NCBI GenBank assembly: GCA_964632315.1
Contig: CAZWEM010000025.1
Span: forward strand, 1 to 55,619
Direction: 5' to 3'
Origin: an uncultured archaeon
GTDB lineage: Archaea > Asgardarchaeota > Lokiarchaeia > Sigyniarchaeales > SOKP01
Length of the DNA: 55,619 nt
The notes under the pieces were generated by a model. It made no database searches and was not told the origin of the DNA. It saw only the letters and a list, made by a program, of their open reading frames with translations. The position numbers were made by a program, and so were the translations under genes. Positions 6,922 to 17,635 of this stretch are shown piece by piece. Numbering within the stretch: the first letter of the stretch is position 1; each line of letters starts with the position of its first letter.

Positions 6922-8841
6922 ATGAATAACATGACATTATCTGATTTATCGGACCATGATTGGAGAAAAAAGTGGAAGAAAAAAGAAATAACAGCAAAGG
7001 AAGCTATTGGTAAAATTATCCCCGGAAACCGAGTCTTTATCGATACTGCTTGTTCTGAACCTCAAGCTCTTACTACAGAATTAATTCATGCTTCAGAACA
7101 ATTAATTGATACAGAGATCATTCATTTTCTGACCATTTTTCCTGAAAAATATTTCAAGGATAAAGCAGAAGATTTATTTCGCCATAATGCGTTCTTTATT
7201 GGAAAAACTTTAAGAGAGGAGATAAATAAGGGACAGGCCGATTACACGCCAATACTAGCAAGCGAAATTCCTTCACTCTTTTTAAGCGGTCGGAAAAATA
7301 TTGATGTTGCGCTCATTCAAGTGACTCCCCCAGATCGCTATGGATTTTGTTCCTTTGGTATAAATGTAGATATGGCGAAACCGATTTCTCAATCCGCATA
7401 TTTGACAATTGCTGAGATAAATCCTCAAATGCCTCGAACCTTGGGAAATAGTTTTATTCACATGAAGGAGATCAATTATTTTGTTTATAATGATGCCCCC
7501 CTATTAGAATTCCATTTTAAAGAGAAAGACGATAACTTAGATAGAATAGGTCAGAACGTTGCCAATCTTGTTGAGAACAAGTCAACTATTCATATTGGAA
7601 ATGGATATTTACCTAATGCATGTCTGAAATACTTGATGGATAAAAAGGATCTTGGCATGCACAGTCATTACATTACAGATAATATAATTCCGTTGATTGA
7701 AAATACCGTATTGACATGTCGCAAGAAGAATTTTCATCCTGAGAAGGTAATTACGAGCATGGTATTAGGGACCAAAAAACTCTATCATTTTGTAGACAAT
7801 AATCCTTACATAGAGTTTTATCCCACGGATTATGTTTGCAATCCTAAATATATAGGCATGAATAAAAAAATGGTTTCGATAAATCAAGCATTGCAAATCG
7901 ATCTGACTGGTCAAGTAAATACCTCATCAAAAGGATATGGCTTTTATTCAGGTATAGGAGACACGGTAGATTTCATGAGAGGCGCTGCCTTTTCAAAAGG
8001 AGGAAAACCTATAATAGTCTTACCTTCGACAAGAAAGAACGGATCAGTATCTACTATTGTTCCTCATTTAGATGAGGGTGCAGGAGTGATTTTATCTCGA
8101 GCTGATGTGCATTATGTAGTTACTGAATGGGGAGTCGCATATTTACACGGGAAAACAATAAGAGAGAGAGTTCTTGAATTAATTTGCATTGCTCATCCAG
8201 ATTTTCGGCAATCTTTATTAGATGAAGCTAAGAGTTTGAATTACGTGTTTTCAGATCAAATGCTTCCTTGTGATGATGAAGGTAGGATCTGCTTGTATCC
8301 AAGTAAGTATGAAACGATTTTTCGAATCGCAGGGGTCGGGAGAGTGAGGATTAGACCCGTGAGAACTACTGATGAACCCCTTTTAAAAGATTTATATTAT
8401 TCATTGAATGAGAGAGACAGATATCTCCGTTTTTTCGAAGTAAAGAAGGAGTTTACGCATTCAAAAACCCAAAATGAAGTAAATATCGATTATGATAACA
8501 TTTTCTCTCTTGGGGCATATATCGGAGATATAAGCAAGGAAGAGATGATAGGGAACGCAACGTATTATTTGAATCCTACTAATAACATGGCAGAGTATAG
8601 CTTTTTGGTGAGGGAGGATTTTCGGGGAAAAGGATTAGGGTCTTTTTTATATCACCACCTCATTATCATCGCCAAAGAAAAAGGTGTCAAAGGATTCTAT
8701 GGGAACATACACATCCAAAATAAGAATACTGTCCAGATCATCAGGAAAGGTGGTTATACAAAGATAACTCCTCCTGAAGCGGGTGAAAAGGAATTATTTT
8801 ATGAAGTTTTTTTTGATAAGGAAAATTCCATTGATGATTAA
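6922..8841 (+). CDS. Acetyl-CoA hydrolase/CoA-transferase-like domain fused to a C-terminal GNAT acetyltransferase
   Basis: DVALIQVTPPDRYGFCSFG and RADVHYVVTEWG motifs; GNAT motif VREDFRGKGLG. Confidence 0.9.
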   Translation: MNNMTLSDLSDHDWRKKWKKKEITAKEAIGKIIPGNRVFIDTACSEPQALTTELIHASEQLIDTEIIHFLTIFPEKYFKDKAEDLFRHNAFFIGKTLREEINKGQADYTPILASEIPSLFLSGRKNIDVALIQVTPPDRYGFCSFGINVDMAKPISQSAYLTIAEINPQMPRTLGNSFIHMKEINYFVYNDAPLLEFHFKEKDDNLDRIGQNVANLVENKSTIHIGNGYLPNACLKYLMDKKDLGMHSHYITDNIIPLIENTVLTCRKKNFHPEKVITSMVLGTKKLYHFVDNNPYIEFYPTDYVCNPKYIGMNKKMVSINQALQIDLTGQVNTSSKGYGFYSGIGDTVDFMRGAAFSKGGKPIIVLPSTRKNGSVSTIVPHLDEGAGVILSRADVHYVVTEWGVAYLHGKTIRERVLELICIAHPDFRQSLLDEAKSLNYVFSDQMLPCDDEGRICLYPSKYETIFRIAGVGRVRIRPVRTTDEPLLKDLYYSLNERDRYLRFFEVKKEFTHSKTQNEVNIDYDNIFSLGAYIGDISKEEMIGNATYYLNPTNNMAEYSFLVREDFRGKGLGSFLYHHLIIIAKEKGVKGFYGNIHIQNKNTVQIIRKGGYTKITPPEAGEKELFYEVFFDKENSIDD

Positions 8842-9068
8842 ACTTTCTCCTTGAAGTATATTAGATCTATGTCATAGAAATCAACGATTGATTCTCTATT
8901 AATTGGAAGTATAATTCCTTTATTAAAGAGGCCATATCTGAGACCTCTAATTTAATTAATCGAGTTTTTATGATTAGATAAATATGAATTAGACTTATTT
9001 CATTTAATAATGTATTTTCATATTGATCGTAATTTTTAACTTTCTTCTTTAATTATCTCACTAGTCCT

Positions 9069-9875
9069 ATGAAATACATATATACAGATTACCACGTTCA
9101 TACTAATTGGAGCTTAGATATCATCGAAAATGGTCCTAAGTTCGAGGATTACATTTCTATCGCAGAGAATAATCGAATTAACTTATGTTTCTTAGATCAT
9201 TATGAACTCTACTATATTGAAAAAGACCGTTCGAATCCATTTGCTAATCAAAACATCTACAATTATTTAGAAAAAATCGATCAACTTAAAGAAACATATG
9301 ATTTCATCTTATCCGGGTTAGAAGTCGATTATTACGTAGATAGAGAGGAACAACTCCAAGAACTCATGGATGATCTGGGAAATGAGATAGACTTCGTTGC
9401 GGGAACTGTCCATGAATGGATTCCAGGATATCCAATCACTTTACGTGAAAAACTGATAGATCTCATGAAAAAAGTTCCATTGAAACAAATTATTGACGAG
9501 TTTTTTGAAGTCACTAAAAAACTGATTCATTCAGGAATTTTTAAAAATATATGTCATATTGATACGATTTTTCGCTATATTAACGAGGATGATATCATTC
9601 CGCCAAAAGATGCAGATATTTCAGATGAGAGAGTTATTGAATTGGGACGGATTTGCAAGGAAAAAAAAATAGCCATCGAGTATAATTTATCTGGTTTTAA
9701 ATTTCCGATTAATAGGCCTTTCCCTTCAAAAACCGTCGCAACTCAGTTAAAAGAAGAGGGTGTAAATTTCTTTATAGGATCTGATTCACATTCGATAGAT
9801 TATTTTGAAGAAACCATCCCAAAGCTCAAGAAAGCACACGAATTCTTGAATCTTAATTACAAAACAAGATATTGA
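9069..9875 (+). CDS. PHP-domain phosphatase (HisK/HisJ-like)
   Basis: DYHVHT, DH, GLEVD and GSDSH motifs. Confidence 0.85.
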   Translation: MKYIYTDYHVHTNWSLDIIENGPKFEDYISIAENNRINLCFLDHYELYYIEKDRSNPFANQNIYNYLEKIDQLKETYDFILSGLEVDYYVDREEQLQELMDDLGNEIDFVAGTVHEWIPGYPITLREKLIDLMKKVPLKQIIDEFFEVTKKLIHSGIFKNICHIDTIFRYINEDDIIPPKDADISDERVIELGRICKEKKIAIEYNLSGFKFPINRPFPSKTVATQLKEEGVNFFIGSDSHSIDYFEETIPKLKKAHEFLNLNYKTRY

Positions 9876-10603
9876 TCCTCATGACGTCGAATCAGCTCTT
9901 ATCGAGAATAGATCAATGGGATCGATCGGTAATTTTAAAAATAAATGGATGGGGAGGTAAAAATTTCACATTATTTTTAAGGGGTTTATCTTTTCTGGGA
10001 AGGGAAACCGTATGGATCAGTTTAATGATCTATTTCTTCTTTATTTGGTATGATCCGGTTTTATTTTCTCAGATTTCGGCTACTTTCTTGTTCGGAGTTA
10101 TTACGATAGCACCAATTAAAATGATAATCAAAAGAAAACGTCCTTTTAAAAGTTTGAAAGAAATTAGAATTTTAGAACCTCGACCTACTTCAGGAAGCTT
10201 TCCATCTTGGCACTCGTACAATGTTTTTTCTCAAGGATTATTATTTTTAACTTTATTTCACTCACCTCTTTTAACCATTGTTTTTTTGATTATAGCATTT
10301 TCAGTCGCTTTTTCACGGATTCAATTAGGATCGCATTATCCGAGTGATGTAGTTTTTGGATGCATTATGGGAGTGATTGGTTATCTAATTTCAATCACTT
10401 TCTTCTCGAATTTTTTGCTGTTTATAATTGGATTCTTCGAAAGATTCATAATTATTAAAATTGAATATCAAGCATTTAGTCCATTACTAAACGATTTTTG
10501 GTACATAATCCTTGTTTTTATCGCGTATTTAATTGTTTTATATATTGCTTTTTATAAGAGAATTAAAAAATACATGTTAAAAATGAGATACAAGGAAATA
10601 TAA
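9872..10603 (+). CDS. PAP2-family membrane phosphatase
   Basis: KxxxKRKRP, SFPSWH and SRIQLGSHYPSD motifs. Confidence 0.9.
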   Translation: MILMTSNQLLSRIDQWDRSVILKINGWGGKNFTLFLRGLSFLGRETVWISLMIYFFFIWYDPVLFSQISATFLFGVITIAPIKMIIKRKRPFKSLKEIRILEPRPTSGSFPSWHSYNVFSQGLLFLTLFHSPLLTIVFLIIAFSVAFSRIQLGSHYPSDVVFGCIMGVIGYLISITFFSNFLLFIIGFFERFIIIKIEYQAFSPLLNDFWYIILVFIAYLIVLYIAFYKRIKKYMLKMRYKEI

Positions 10604-10606
10604 TAA

Positions 10607-11851
10607 TTAAGGAAGATCTAATTTCTTTTTCTTGTCGAAAAGCTGTTTTAATTCATCTAAAACCTTTAAGCGAGAATTTCCTGGGTTAGATGCCTGACTT
10701 GGAGGTTGAAAAGATATAGGGACACCACTCTGAGCAATCTGAAATGCCCCACTCTCTATTGCGCGAAGGCGACTATCTATGTCGTTTAATTGCTTTGAGA
10801 TGCTTTCGGACAACCTAATAACGGCATTCATTGTTTCTTCTAACGTTTTCCCTAATCCCTCGACCTTTTTAAGTGTAGGGTTCGTTAGAGAATCGGTAGA
10901 TTTCATGACTTCTTTGATATACCTTGAAAACTGAGGTTCATTGGTGATCAAAGAATAAATTGACGTTAAATAAGCTTCATAATCAAATCCATATTCAGTT
11001 AGAAGTTGGTTGAGATTATCTTTAAGCAATTCAATATTTAACAATACTTCAGGTTCACCTTTTAAATCAGGGTCATATTTATGAATATAAACCATCACAA
11101 ATGGCTCTTCTTCCAAAATTTTTAATATTTCTAAAATATCTTCAAAATATTCAAAAGATTCAGCAAATCGATCAGGGTCTTGTACATCTATAACATAAAT
11201 TAATAAATCAGTCTTAAGGAAATATTTTTCTGGATTTTGGATGTATTTATTCCTATATTGGACTTGTCCTCCAAGATCCCAAAGAAATAAATCGATTTCT
11301 GAGTCTTCCACTTTAAGATGTTTGCGCTCGACTCCTTTTGTAGGCTTTAAAGCTTTCAGATCGTTAATTCCCAATCTACCACCGAATTGTGAGAGGATTG
11401 CTGATTTCCCAGCGTTATCTAATCCCACTACTACAACTTTTTGGGCATCAGGTTCAAAAGTTTCTTTCTCTTCCTTGAGCGCGTTAATTATCGAACTTAT
11501 TGTAATGACTTTTTTTAAATTTGATTCAATATCTGGAGATTTTTCCTTTAATAGCTCAATTTCCTCTTCAAGTTGCTCTTGTAATTCAGCAGCTTTAATG
11601 GGATCTTTGGTTGATTCTATTTTATTTAAAATATTAAATGGATCTTCCCTATCTAATTTAGAAGCATCCTCAATGTTGGATATTTCTAAAACTTCTTTTA
11701 ATACTTTAGCAGTCTTTTTATCTAAGAATTTATAAGAGTAAATGGGTAATTTTAGGATATCCTCAATATTTTGTAATTTTGAAATTTTAACCGTGTTTTG
11801 GTCTAAGAATTTTGAAAAGATTTTGATAGTCTTAGTAATATCAGATTCCAT
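10607..11851 (-). CDS. Arf/Rag-like small GTPase with N-terminal extension and C-terminal coiled coil
   Basis: GLDNAGKS, PTKG, WDLGGQ, HKYD and TSIY motifs. Confidence 0.85.
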   Translation of the reverse strand: MESDITKTIKIFSKFLDQNTVKISKLQNIEDILKLPIYSYKFLDKKTAKVLKEVLEISNIEDASKLDREDPFNILNKIESTKDPIKAAELQEQLEEEIELLKEKSPDIESNLKKVITISSIINALKEEKETFEPDAQKVVVVGLDNAGKSAILSQFGGRLGINDLKALKPTKGVERKHLKVEDSEIDLFLWDLGGQVQYRNKYIQNPEKYFLKTDLLIYVIDVQDPDRFAESFEYFEDILEILKILEEEPFVMVYIHKYDPDLKGEPEVLLNIELLKDNLNQLLTEYGFDYEAYLTSIYSLITNEPQFSRYIKEVMKSTDSLTNPTLKKVEGLGKTLEETMNAVIRLSESISKQLNDIDSRLRAIESGAFQIAQSGVPISFQPPSQASNPGNSRLKVLDELKQLFDKKKKLDLP

Positions 11852-12002
11852 GATGTTGAGTATTTTATTTTTTTGCTTTTTAGTTATAGTTAATTTGGTA
11901 AAGATTTAAATTTTGACTAACTAAATTTAAATAGTTTATTTATTTTAAATACCATACAAAAAGAAAGCATTCCAAATACATTTTTTTAATGGGTTAGGGT
12001 GT

Positions 12003-12920
12003 ATGCCGTCGAATTTAGAGGATGATGACTTTTTCGATGATGAGGAGGACATAACATGTTGCGATAATCCCAAGATCAGTGAAGAAGATGGATTTTATGT
12101 TTGTCTTAATTGTGGATTTGTATATAGTAGAATCTTAGATGATTCACCTCGAAGGGCATTTACTCAAGAGGAAATTCAAAAACGGAAGAGTAATGAAAGG
12201 GTATATAGCCCCATAGGACCACGTACAATCATTAGGGGAAGTAGAGATGCACGTGGAACGCTCCTAAGCCCTAAATATAAATCAAAATTTAATAGATTAG
12301 CAAAAATCCATCGATCTCTAACAACCAGTTATGAACGTAATTTATGGATTGCGTTACCAAATTTGCAACGCTTACAAAAAAGGCTTGCGATACCTGATAC
12401 TGTTGCAGAAGATGCTTTACGAATATATACTCAAACAGTTAAGAAGAAATTAACGATGGGAAGAAGTATTGATACATTATTATCAGCATCGATATTTTGC
12501 GCTTTAAGGGTACACGGAATACCGAGAACAGTAGAAGAGATAACTAAAGTAGCACAAATTCCAAAGAAAAAGGTAATAAAAAGTTACCGATTAATTTTAA
12601 TGGAAGTTTTACCCAATCTAAATTTAAAAGTACAACATTTTACCGCAGATAGGTATGTGGATAAGTTTATTGATGAATTGTCATTATCCATGCAATGTAG
12701 GAATATTGCGGTAAAACTCATTGGGAAGGCAAAAGATCACGGATTTAATTCTGCAGGGAAAGATCCCAAAGGAATTGCTGCAGCAGCAATCTATATAGGT
12801 TCCAAAATGTGTAATGAAAATCGCACACAAAAGGAAATAAGTAAGCTTGCTCGTGTAACTGAGGTAACATTGCGCATGCGAGTGAAAGACATTCAAAATT
12901 TCGCCGAAGGGTTATTATAA
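12003..12920 (+). CDS. tfb: Transcription initiation factor IIB (TFB) family protein
   Basis: Zn ribbon (CC..CLNC), two cyclin folds, GKDPKGIAAAAIY and TQKEISKLARVTEVTLR. Confidence 0.93.
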   Translation: MPSNLEDDDFFDDEEDITCCDNPKISEEDGFYVCLNCGFVYSRILDDSPRRAFTQEEIQKRKSNERVYSPIGPRTIIRGSRDARGTLLSPKYKSKFNRLAKIHRSLTTSYERNLWIALPNLQRLQKRLAIPDTVAEDALRIYTQTVKKKLTMGRSIDTLLSASIFCALRVHGIPRTVEEITKVAQIPKKKVIKSYRLILMEVLPNLNLKVQHFTADRYVDKFIDELSLSMQCRNIAVKLIGKAKDHGFNSAGKDPKGIAAAAIYIGSKMCNENRTQKEISKLARVTEVTLRMRVKDIQNFAEGLL

Positions 12921-12998
12921 TCAATCAATATCATTTTCTCGTAAGCTTAATGAGCAGAACAAGGGATTAAAGGCAACCTAATGTAATGGATTAAATTA

Positions 12999-15900
12999 CT
13001 AGGGCTCTCTAAATTGTATCAAGACCCTTTCTTCTTCAAATATCGGAAGTAAATCGAGCATTTCAATGATTTTAGGATCATATTTCTCAATTTCATAGAT
13101 AATTGTATCTATAAGGAATAAAATTAATTTGATTGGGAATGTGTCCTCAACGAGTCTTCGATTTAATCCTAGTGAATTTAGAAACGTGTTAACATTTGCT
13201 TGGATATTCATGATATCGTCCTTTACTTTTAAAGAAACTAGTCCATATAACAATAAATGCAGAGAGGAACTAGTATAATCCTGTTTTTCCGAACTCCATT
13301 TGGCTAGTTCTAAATAATTTTCTGCTAATTTCTTAAAATTTTTAGAGTCAAGTAGATTAAGTGTTTCTTGATAATATCTCCTTCGCATTGCCTTTCTTCT
13401 ATTAAGAACCCTTGAACGGTCTGCTCGTACATCACTCGTTTTTTGTCTTAAACTGGCAAAATCTTGTTCTAATTTGATATTGCGTTTCTTTAATTCCCCC
13501 ACTTGTTTCCTTGAGAAATTATCTGATTCAATTTCGCTCTCTTGGCCTTTAGAAAAAAAGCCTTCTAAAAGTTTAACTTCTGGATCGAAGAAGAATAAAT
13601 TACTTTTAAGAATATTAACACCATAAGTAATTAGTTCTTGATTCTCATGTTCAAAGCAAGTAAACAATAAATCCATTAATTTTACTTCAGGAAAATTTTC
13701 CACATCTTTATCATATCTTGATATTTTATTCAAGTTTGTGAGAAAATTTACTTTAGCATCCTTTACTGTTTTGATTTTTAAGTCAATAAAACTGCCTACG
13801 ATTACCCCTAAAAGTGCTTGTTTGATGAAATTTTTCTCTGCTAATTTTGGGATTTCATTAAAATAACTATCAATCGCCATTGTATATCTTATTTTGGTTA
13901 AATCCTCTAATGCTAATTTCCAATATTCATTTTTCATTAACTTTCGTTTTGAGATTTCCTGCTTGTCCATTTTAATCTTGTTTCTTAAGAACACCATATC
14001 TTCTCTTATTATTTCGAAATTGACCGTTTCTCCAGGAGCAATCTTATCTTCAGAGGGAAATATTTCTCCATAGATAAAACTTAAAAAGTCTATCTCTTCC
14101 TTAAATAGAGCCGCATCTTTGATGAATTTCAACGCATCTAAATATTTATCTTCTCCTAAAAGTCTATAGACATTAAATAAATATTCAGCAAGACTAAAGG
14201 GAAATAATTCAATGATTAATTTTCCTAAGCCCGATAATTCTTGTTTTATGTTTTCTAAAAATTGATCAACGTCTTCTACTTTTCCTTGAATGAGATAAAT
14301 CAAAACAATCATCAACAAAGAAATACCCGCTATATTATATCGTTCATTATCGATGAATCTTTGAACACTATTTTTATATTCCGCAATTGCTTGTTCGAAC
14401 TCTTTATCTTTTAGATTTTCTAGTGCTTTATTAAAATAGATCCTTTTTAGCGCATTACGTTGCCTAAGTAGATCCATTTTATCATGACTCGCTTCTTGTG
14501 CCTTCCTCCTAATAATTACTATTCTTTCCTTTAAGTCTTCTTTCTCCCTGCCTTTTTCTAATTGCTCTAATTCTAAATGACTTTTTTCAGATTCCTTGAG
14601 ATCAATCTTTTTATGGACTTCTTTCTTTAATTTTTTATCAAGCATTTTATCGCAGTATTCATGAGCCGAAGAAAAGTCTCCATTGTTGAGAAAAATATTG
14701 ACCAACTCAACGTTAATTTCATCTAAATCAAAGGTTTTATCGTCTAGATATCTAGATGATATGATTTCAATTTTTTTTAGGAGATTTTTGACCTTCATAA
14801 TGCCTTGCTTGTCAGTTTGTTTCTTTATAGTTGATATTGCTGTGGCTTTGATAAATTCAATGAACTGTTCGCTAATTTCTACTGCTTGATCATAGAGCAT
14901 ATGCTCTCTATAAAGTATTATTATTTTCTCATAATCTTGCTCAATATCGGGGAAATTAACCAAGTCCTTTATTTCTATTAACATTTGTTTAATAGATACA
15001 AAACGATTCTTCAAGAATGAGCGTTGAGTTTCTAAAGACATTAAATTATAATATTCAAAGAACGAATTAATTAGATTAACCTTTAATATAATCTTTACTG
15101 CTTCAATTAATATTCTATTTTGAGCTTCAACTTTACCAATTTTATTAAAATAATCAGCAAGTTTTTTGAGATTGATTATGGCTTCCTTATAATCATTATT
15201 TTTTAGTAAAATTTGAGATTTTTCGATTGCTTCTTGACTCAAATCGGATATAATTTGATTTTCAGCATCAATAAATATATTAACCACATCTAAACCTTGT
15301 TGAATGTTTTGTTCGATATCTTTCTTTTTGGATTCTTTATACTCATCTTCGCTCTTAGAGATTCTTTCTGTTAACTTCTTTTTTACCAGTTTTGAGTTTA
15401 TTTTGTTCATCAGCAATGAAGTCATCGCAAAATCATAATTTTCAAGAAAAAGTTGTATCAATAAATCAAGTTGGGAATCTAAGTCTGTTTTTTCCACGTT
15501 ATAAGCTATCCAAAGATTTTCAATTTCATCATACGTTTGCTTAGCAGCATACTTTTCTCTATTCACTAATTGCTTATCAAGTAATTTAATTAGAATTTTC
15601 TCTAAATCTGAAGTGAACCTTTCTAAAATATCAAATAATCCCTCTCTTTGGTATAAAGTGATTGTCCGATAAAGTTGATCTCGAGCGTTTTGATAGTTTT
15701 GTTTCTCTACTAAAAATTTAATGGAAATCTCAATGATCTCGGGAAGCTCCATTAAAATTCTTCTTGAAAAATCATGATCTAGGCTTTCAAATATTTGAAA
15801 TGCATTATCAAACTTACTCGCAGATATCCAAGATATGATTGCCATCCTAAATGCTTCTTCTTTCACATTTTGGGCTTTAGGTAATTCTATTGCAGACCAT

Positions 15901-16742
15901 TGAGCAGCTTCAAGATATTTTCTCGCTGCTTTGTTAAATTCTTTTTGACTAAAAGAATGATTAGCCTCAGAAAGCAAAGATTCTGCATATAAAGTTTTAA
16001 AATTTGTAACCTTTGTTTTATCTATATTTCCGATCACATTTGATGCCTCCAAGAAAAGATTTGAATCAGAAAAGAGCAAGGCTGCTTTTTCAGCCATGAT
16101 ATAGTAATTTTGTTTGTTAAATATATCTGCAATCATTGCTGCCTTACGAGTAGCCCTTGCTGCTTGTTCTATAAGCCCATTTTTATAGTAAAGATTTGCT
16201 AACTGAATAAAAATGGGATATCTCATCCAAGCATTTTCGATATTAAGAGGAGTATCCCCTGTGATTATAGCTTCGCATAAACATTGTAAAACTTGATGGA
16301 AGTTTTGATAATTTAAATTGGCAAATCCTTCCAGATCGGGATGATTAACCCATAATTCTTCCAAAAGATCATTTACAGCTATAGGAAGAATACCGGAAGA
16401 GTCTAAATATACTAAAACAACTGGAATTCCTCTTTTAGTTGACTGAATGATAGGAAGTACTATCTCGAAAAATTCTATATCCTCCTTACTCATTGGATTT
16501 AAAAAGTAGATAATTCCATCAGCCATGGGAATAATGCTATCCATATCAGTATTTACCATATCATTTACAAGATTGATGTCCAATTCACATTTATTTTCAA
16601 GAACGTTAACTTCGTTAAACCACTCAATTAAAGTGTCATTTTTAATACCAGAATCATCAAATGCTAAGCTAACGAAAGAATTTGTTATTTCAGGATTCCC
16701 TAGTATTAATACCTTAAAATAGAAAGTAGACAGATTAATCAC
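12999..16742 (-). CDS. Large alpha-helical TPR/SNAP-like repeat protein with a degenerate N-terminal GTPase-like domain
   Basis: FKVLILG...ADGIIYF...IPVVLVY strand pattern without a GKS/T P-loop, followed by helical repeats. Confidence 0.65.
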   Translation of the reverse strand: MINLSTFYFKVLILGNPEITNSFVSLAFDDSGIKNDTLIEWFNEVNVLENKCELDINLVNDMVNTDMDSIIPMADGIIYFLNPMSKEDIEFFEIVLPIIQSTKRGIPVVLVYLDSSGILPIAVNDLLEELWVNHPDLEGFANLNYQNFHQVLQCLCEAIITGDTPLNIENAWMRYPIFIQLANLYYKNGLIEQAARATRKAAMIADIFNKQNYYIMAEKAALLFSDSNLFLEASNVIGNIDKTKVTNFKTLYAESLLSEANHSFSQKEFNKAARKYLEAAQWSAIELPKAQNVKEEAFRMAIISWISASKFDNAFQIFESLDHDFSRRILMELPEIIEISIKFLVEKQNYQNARDQLYRTITLYQREGLFDILERFTSDLEKILIKLLDKQLVNREKYAAKQTYDEIENLWIAYNVEKTDLDSQLDLLIQLFLENYDFAMTSLLMNKINSKLVKKKLTERISKSEDEYKESKKKDIEQNIQQGLDVVNIFIDAENQIISDLSQEAIEKSQILLKNNDYKEAIINLKKLADYFNKIGKVEAQNRILIEAVKIILKVNLINSFFEYYNLMSLETQRSFLKNRFVSIKQMLIEIKDLVNFPDIEQDYEKIIILYREHMLYDQAVEISEQFIEFIKATAISTIKKQTDKQGIMKVKNLLKKIEIISSRYLDDKTFDLDEINVELVNIFLNNGDFSSAHEYCDKMLDKKLKKEVHKKIDLKESEKSHLELEQLEKGREKEDLKERIVIIRRKAQEASHDKMDLLRQRNALKRIYFNKALENLKDKEFEQAIAEYKNSVQRFIDNERYNIAGISLLMIVLIYLIQGKVEDVDQFLENIKQELSGLGKLIIELFPFSLAEYLFNVYRLLGEDKYLDALKFIKDAALFKEEIDFLSFIYGEIFPSEDKIAPGETVNFEIIREDMVFLRNKIKMDKQEISKRKLMKNEYWKLALEDLTKIRYTMAIDSYFNEIPKLAEKNFIKQALLGVIVGSFIDLKIKTVKDAKVNFLTNLNKISRYDKDVENFPEVKLMDLLFTCFEHENQELITYGVNILKSNLFFFDPEVKLLEGFFSKGQESEIESDNFSRKQVGELKKRNIKLEQDFASLRQKTSDVRADRSRVLNRRKAMRRRYYQETLNLLDSKNFKKLAENYLELAKWSSEKQDYTSSSLHLLLYGLVSLKVKDDIMNIQANVNTFLNSLGLNRRLVEDTFPIKLILFLIDTIIYEIEKYDPKIIEMLDLLPIFEEERVLIQFREP

Positions 16743-16900
16743 CTTCTAGTTATAAAAAAGAAAAAAATTAAACACTTTTTAGTCATTTACAATTTCATTC
16801 TTTAAAAATATAAATATAATTAAAGGTTTTCAATTTTGTGGATATTTTAAAAATTTTGCAGTTGATTTAAAAAATAATATTTGCTTGAGAAGAATCTTCA

Positions 16901-17554
16901 ATGACTTACGTAGACAGAAACTTGGAAATTATTAAGGAACGAATGATCAATCAAATGGAAGAATCCTTCAATTTAGGCAGGAAATTAATAGATTCCGAAT
17001 TAGACACGGGAATGCTAAATTTTGTAGTGAAACCTGTAGTAAAAGCATTTTATGATTATTGGTCTCAACATGATGCTCGATCTGGCACTGTCAAGCAAAT
17101 CCAAGTAACTTTAAATGCAGGAAAGGAAATAATTCTCAAAGGAGATTCTGAAACCCAATTTCAGGAAGTTTTTGATAAAACATTTCCAGAATATCTTAAA
17201 GGAGACCAGACTTATCGCCAATGTAGCAAGCGTCATAAAAATTATGAGAGATTAAAGGAAGTAGCTAAAAACACTTATTTGAATTACCTTAAAGAAGTAA
17301 TAATGCTTTTAAAAGTGGAAGAGGAAGTAGATGATTATGGTGATTTAGCTACTTATGCATTTAAAACAAAAGAAGAAGCAAAAAAGATATTGATAAATCA
17401 ACTTGAGTATACGGATAAAGCTATTCACATTGTCGAGGAAGATCCAAGCATTTTAAATGTTCCATTTGGAAGAAAAATTATTTTAAAGACATTAAGAAAG
17501 GGATTCGAAGTTTCAAAAAAAGAATTTCTATTTGCTATTGACGATACGTATTAA
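16901..17554 (+). CDS. Hypothetical protein (tandem paralog A)
   Basis: Aligns along its length with 17636..18298. Confidence 0.85.
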   Translation: MTYVDRNLEIIKERMINQMEESFNLGRKLIDSELDTGMLNFVVKPVVKAFYDYWSQHDARSGTVKQIQVTLNAGKEIILKGDSETQFQEVFDKTFPEYLKGDQTYRQCSKRHKNYERLKEVAKNTYLNYLKEVIMLLKVEEEVDDYGDLATYAFKTKEEAKKILINQLEYTDKAIHIVEEDPSILNVPFGRKIILKTLRKGFEVSKKEFLFAIDDTY

Positions 17555-17635
17555 TTAAAATAAGTCAAAATTTAACTTTAAATAAACTTTAATATAGGTA
17601 ATTATATTCAATATTTTCATTTAGAATAGGTATAT

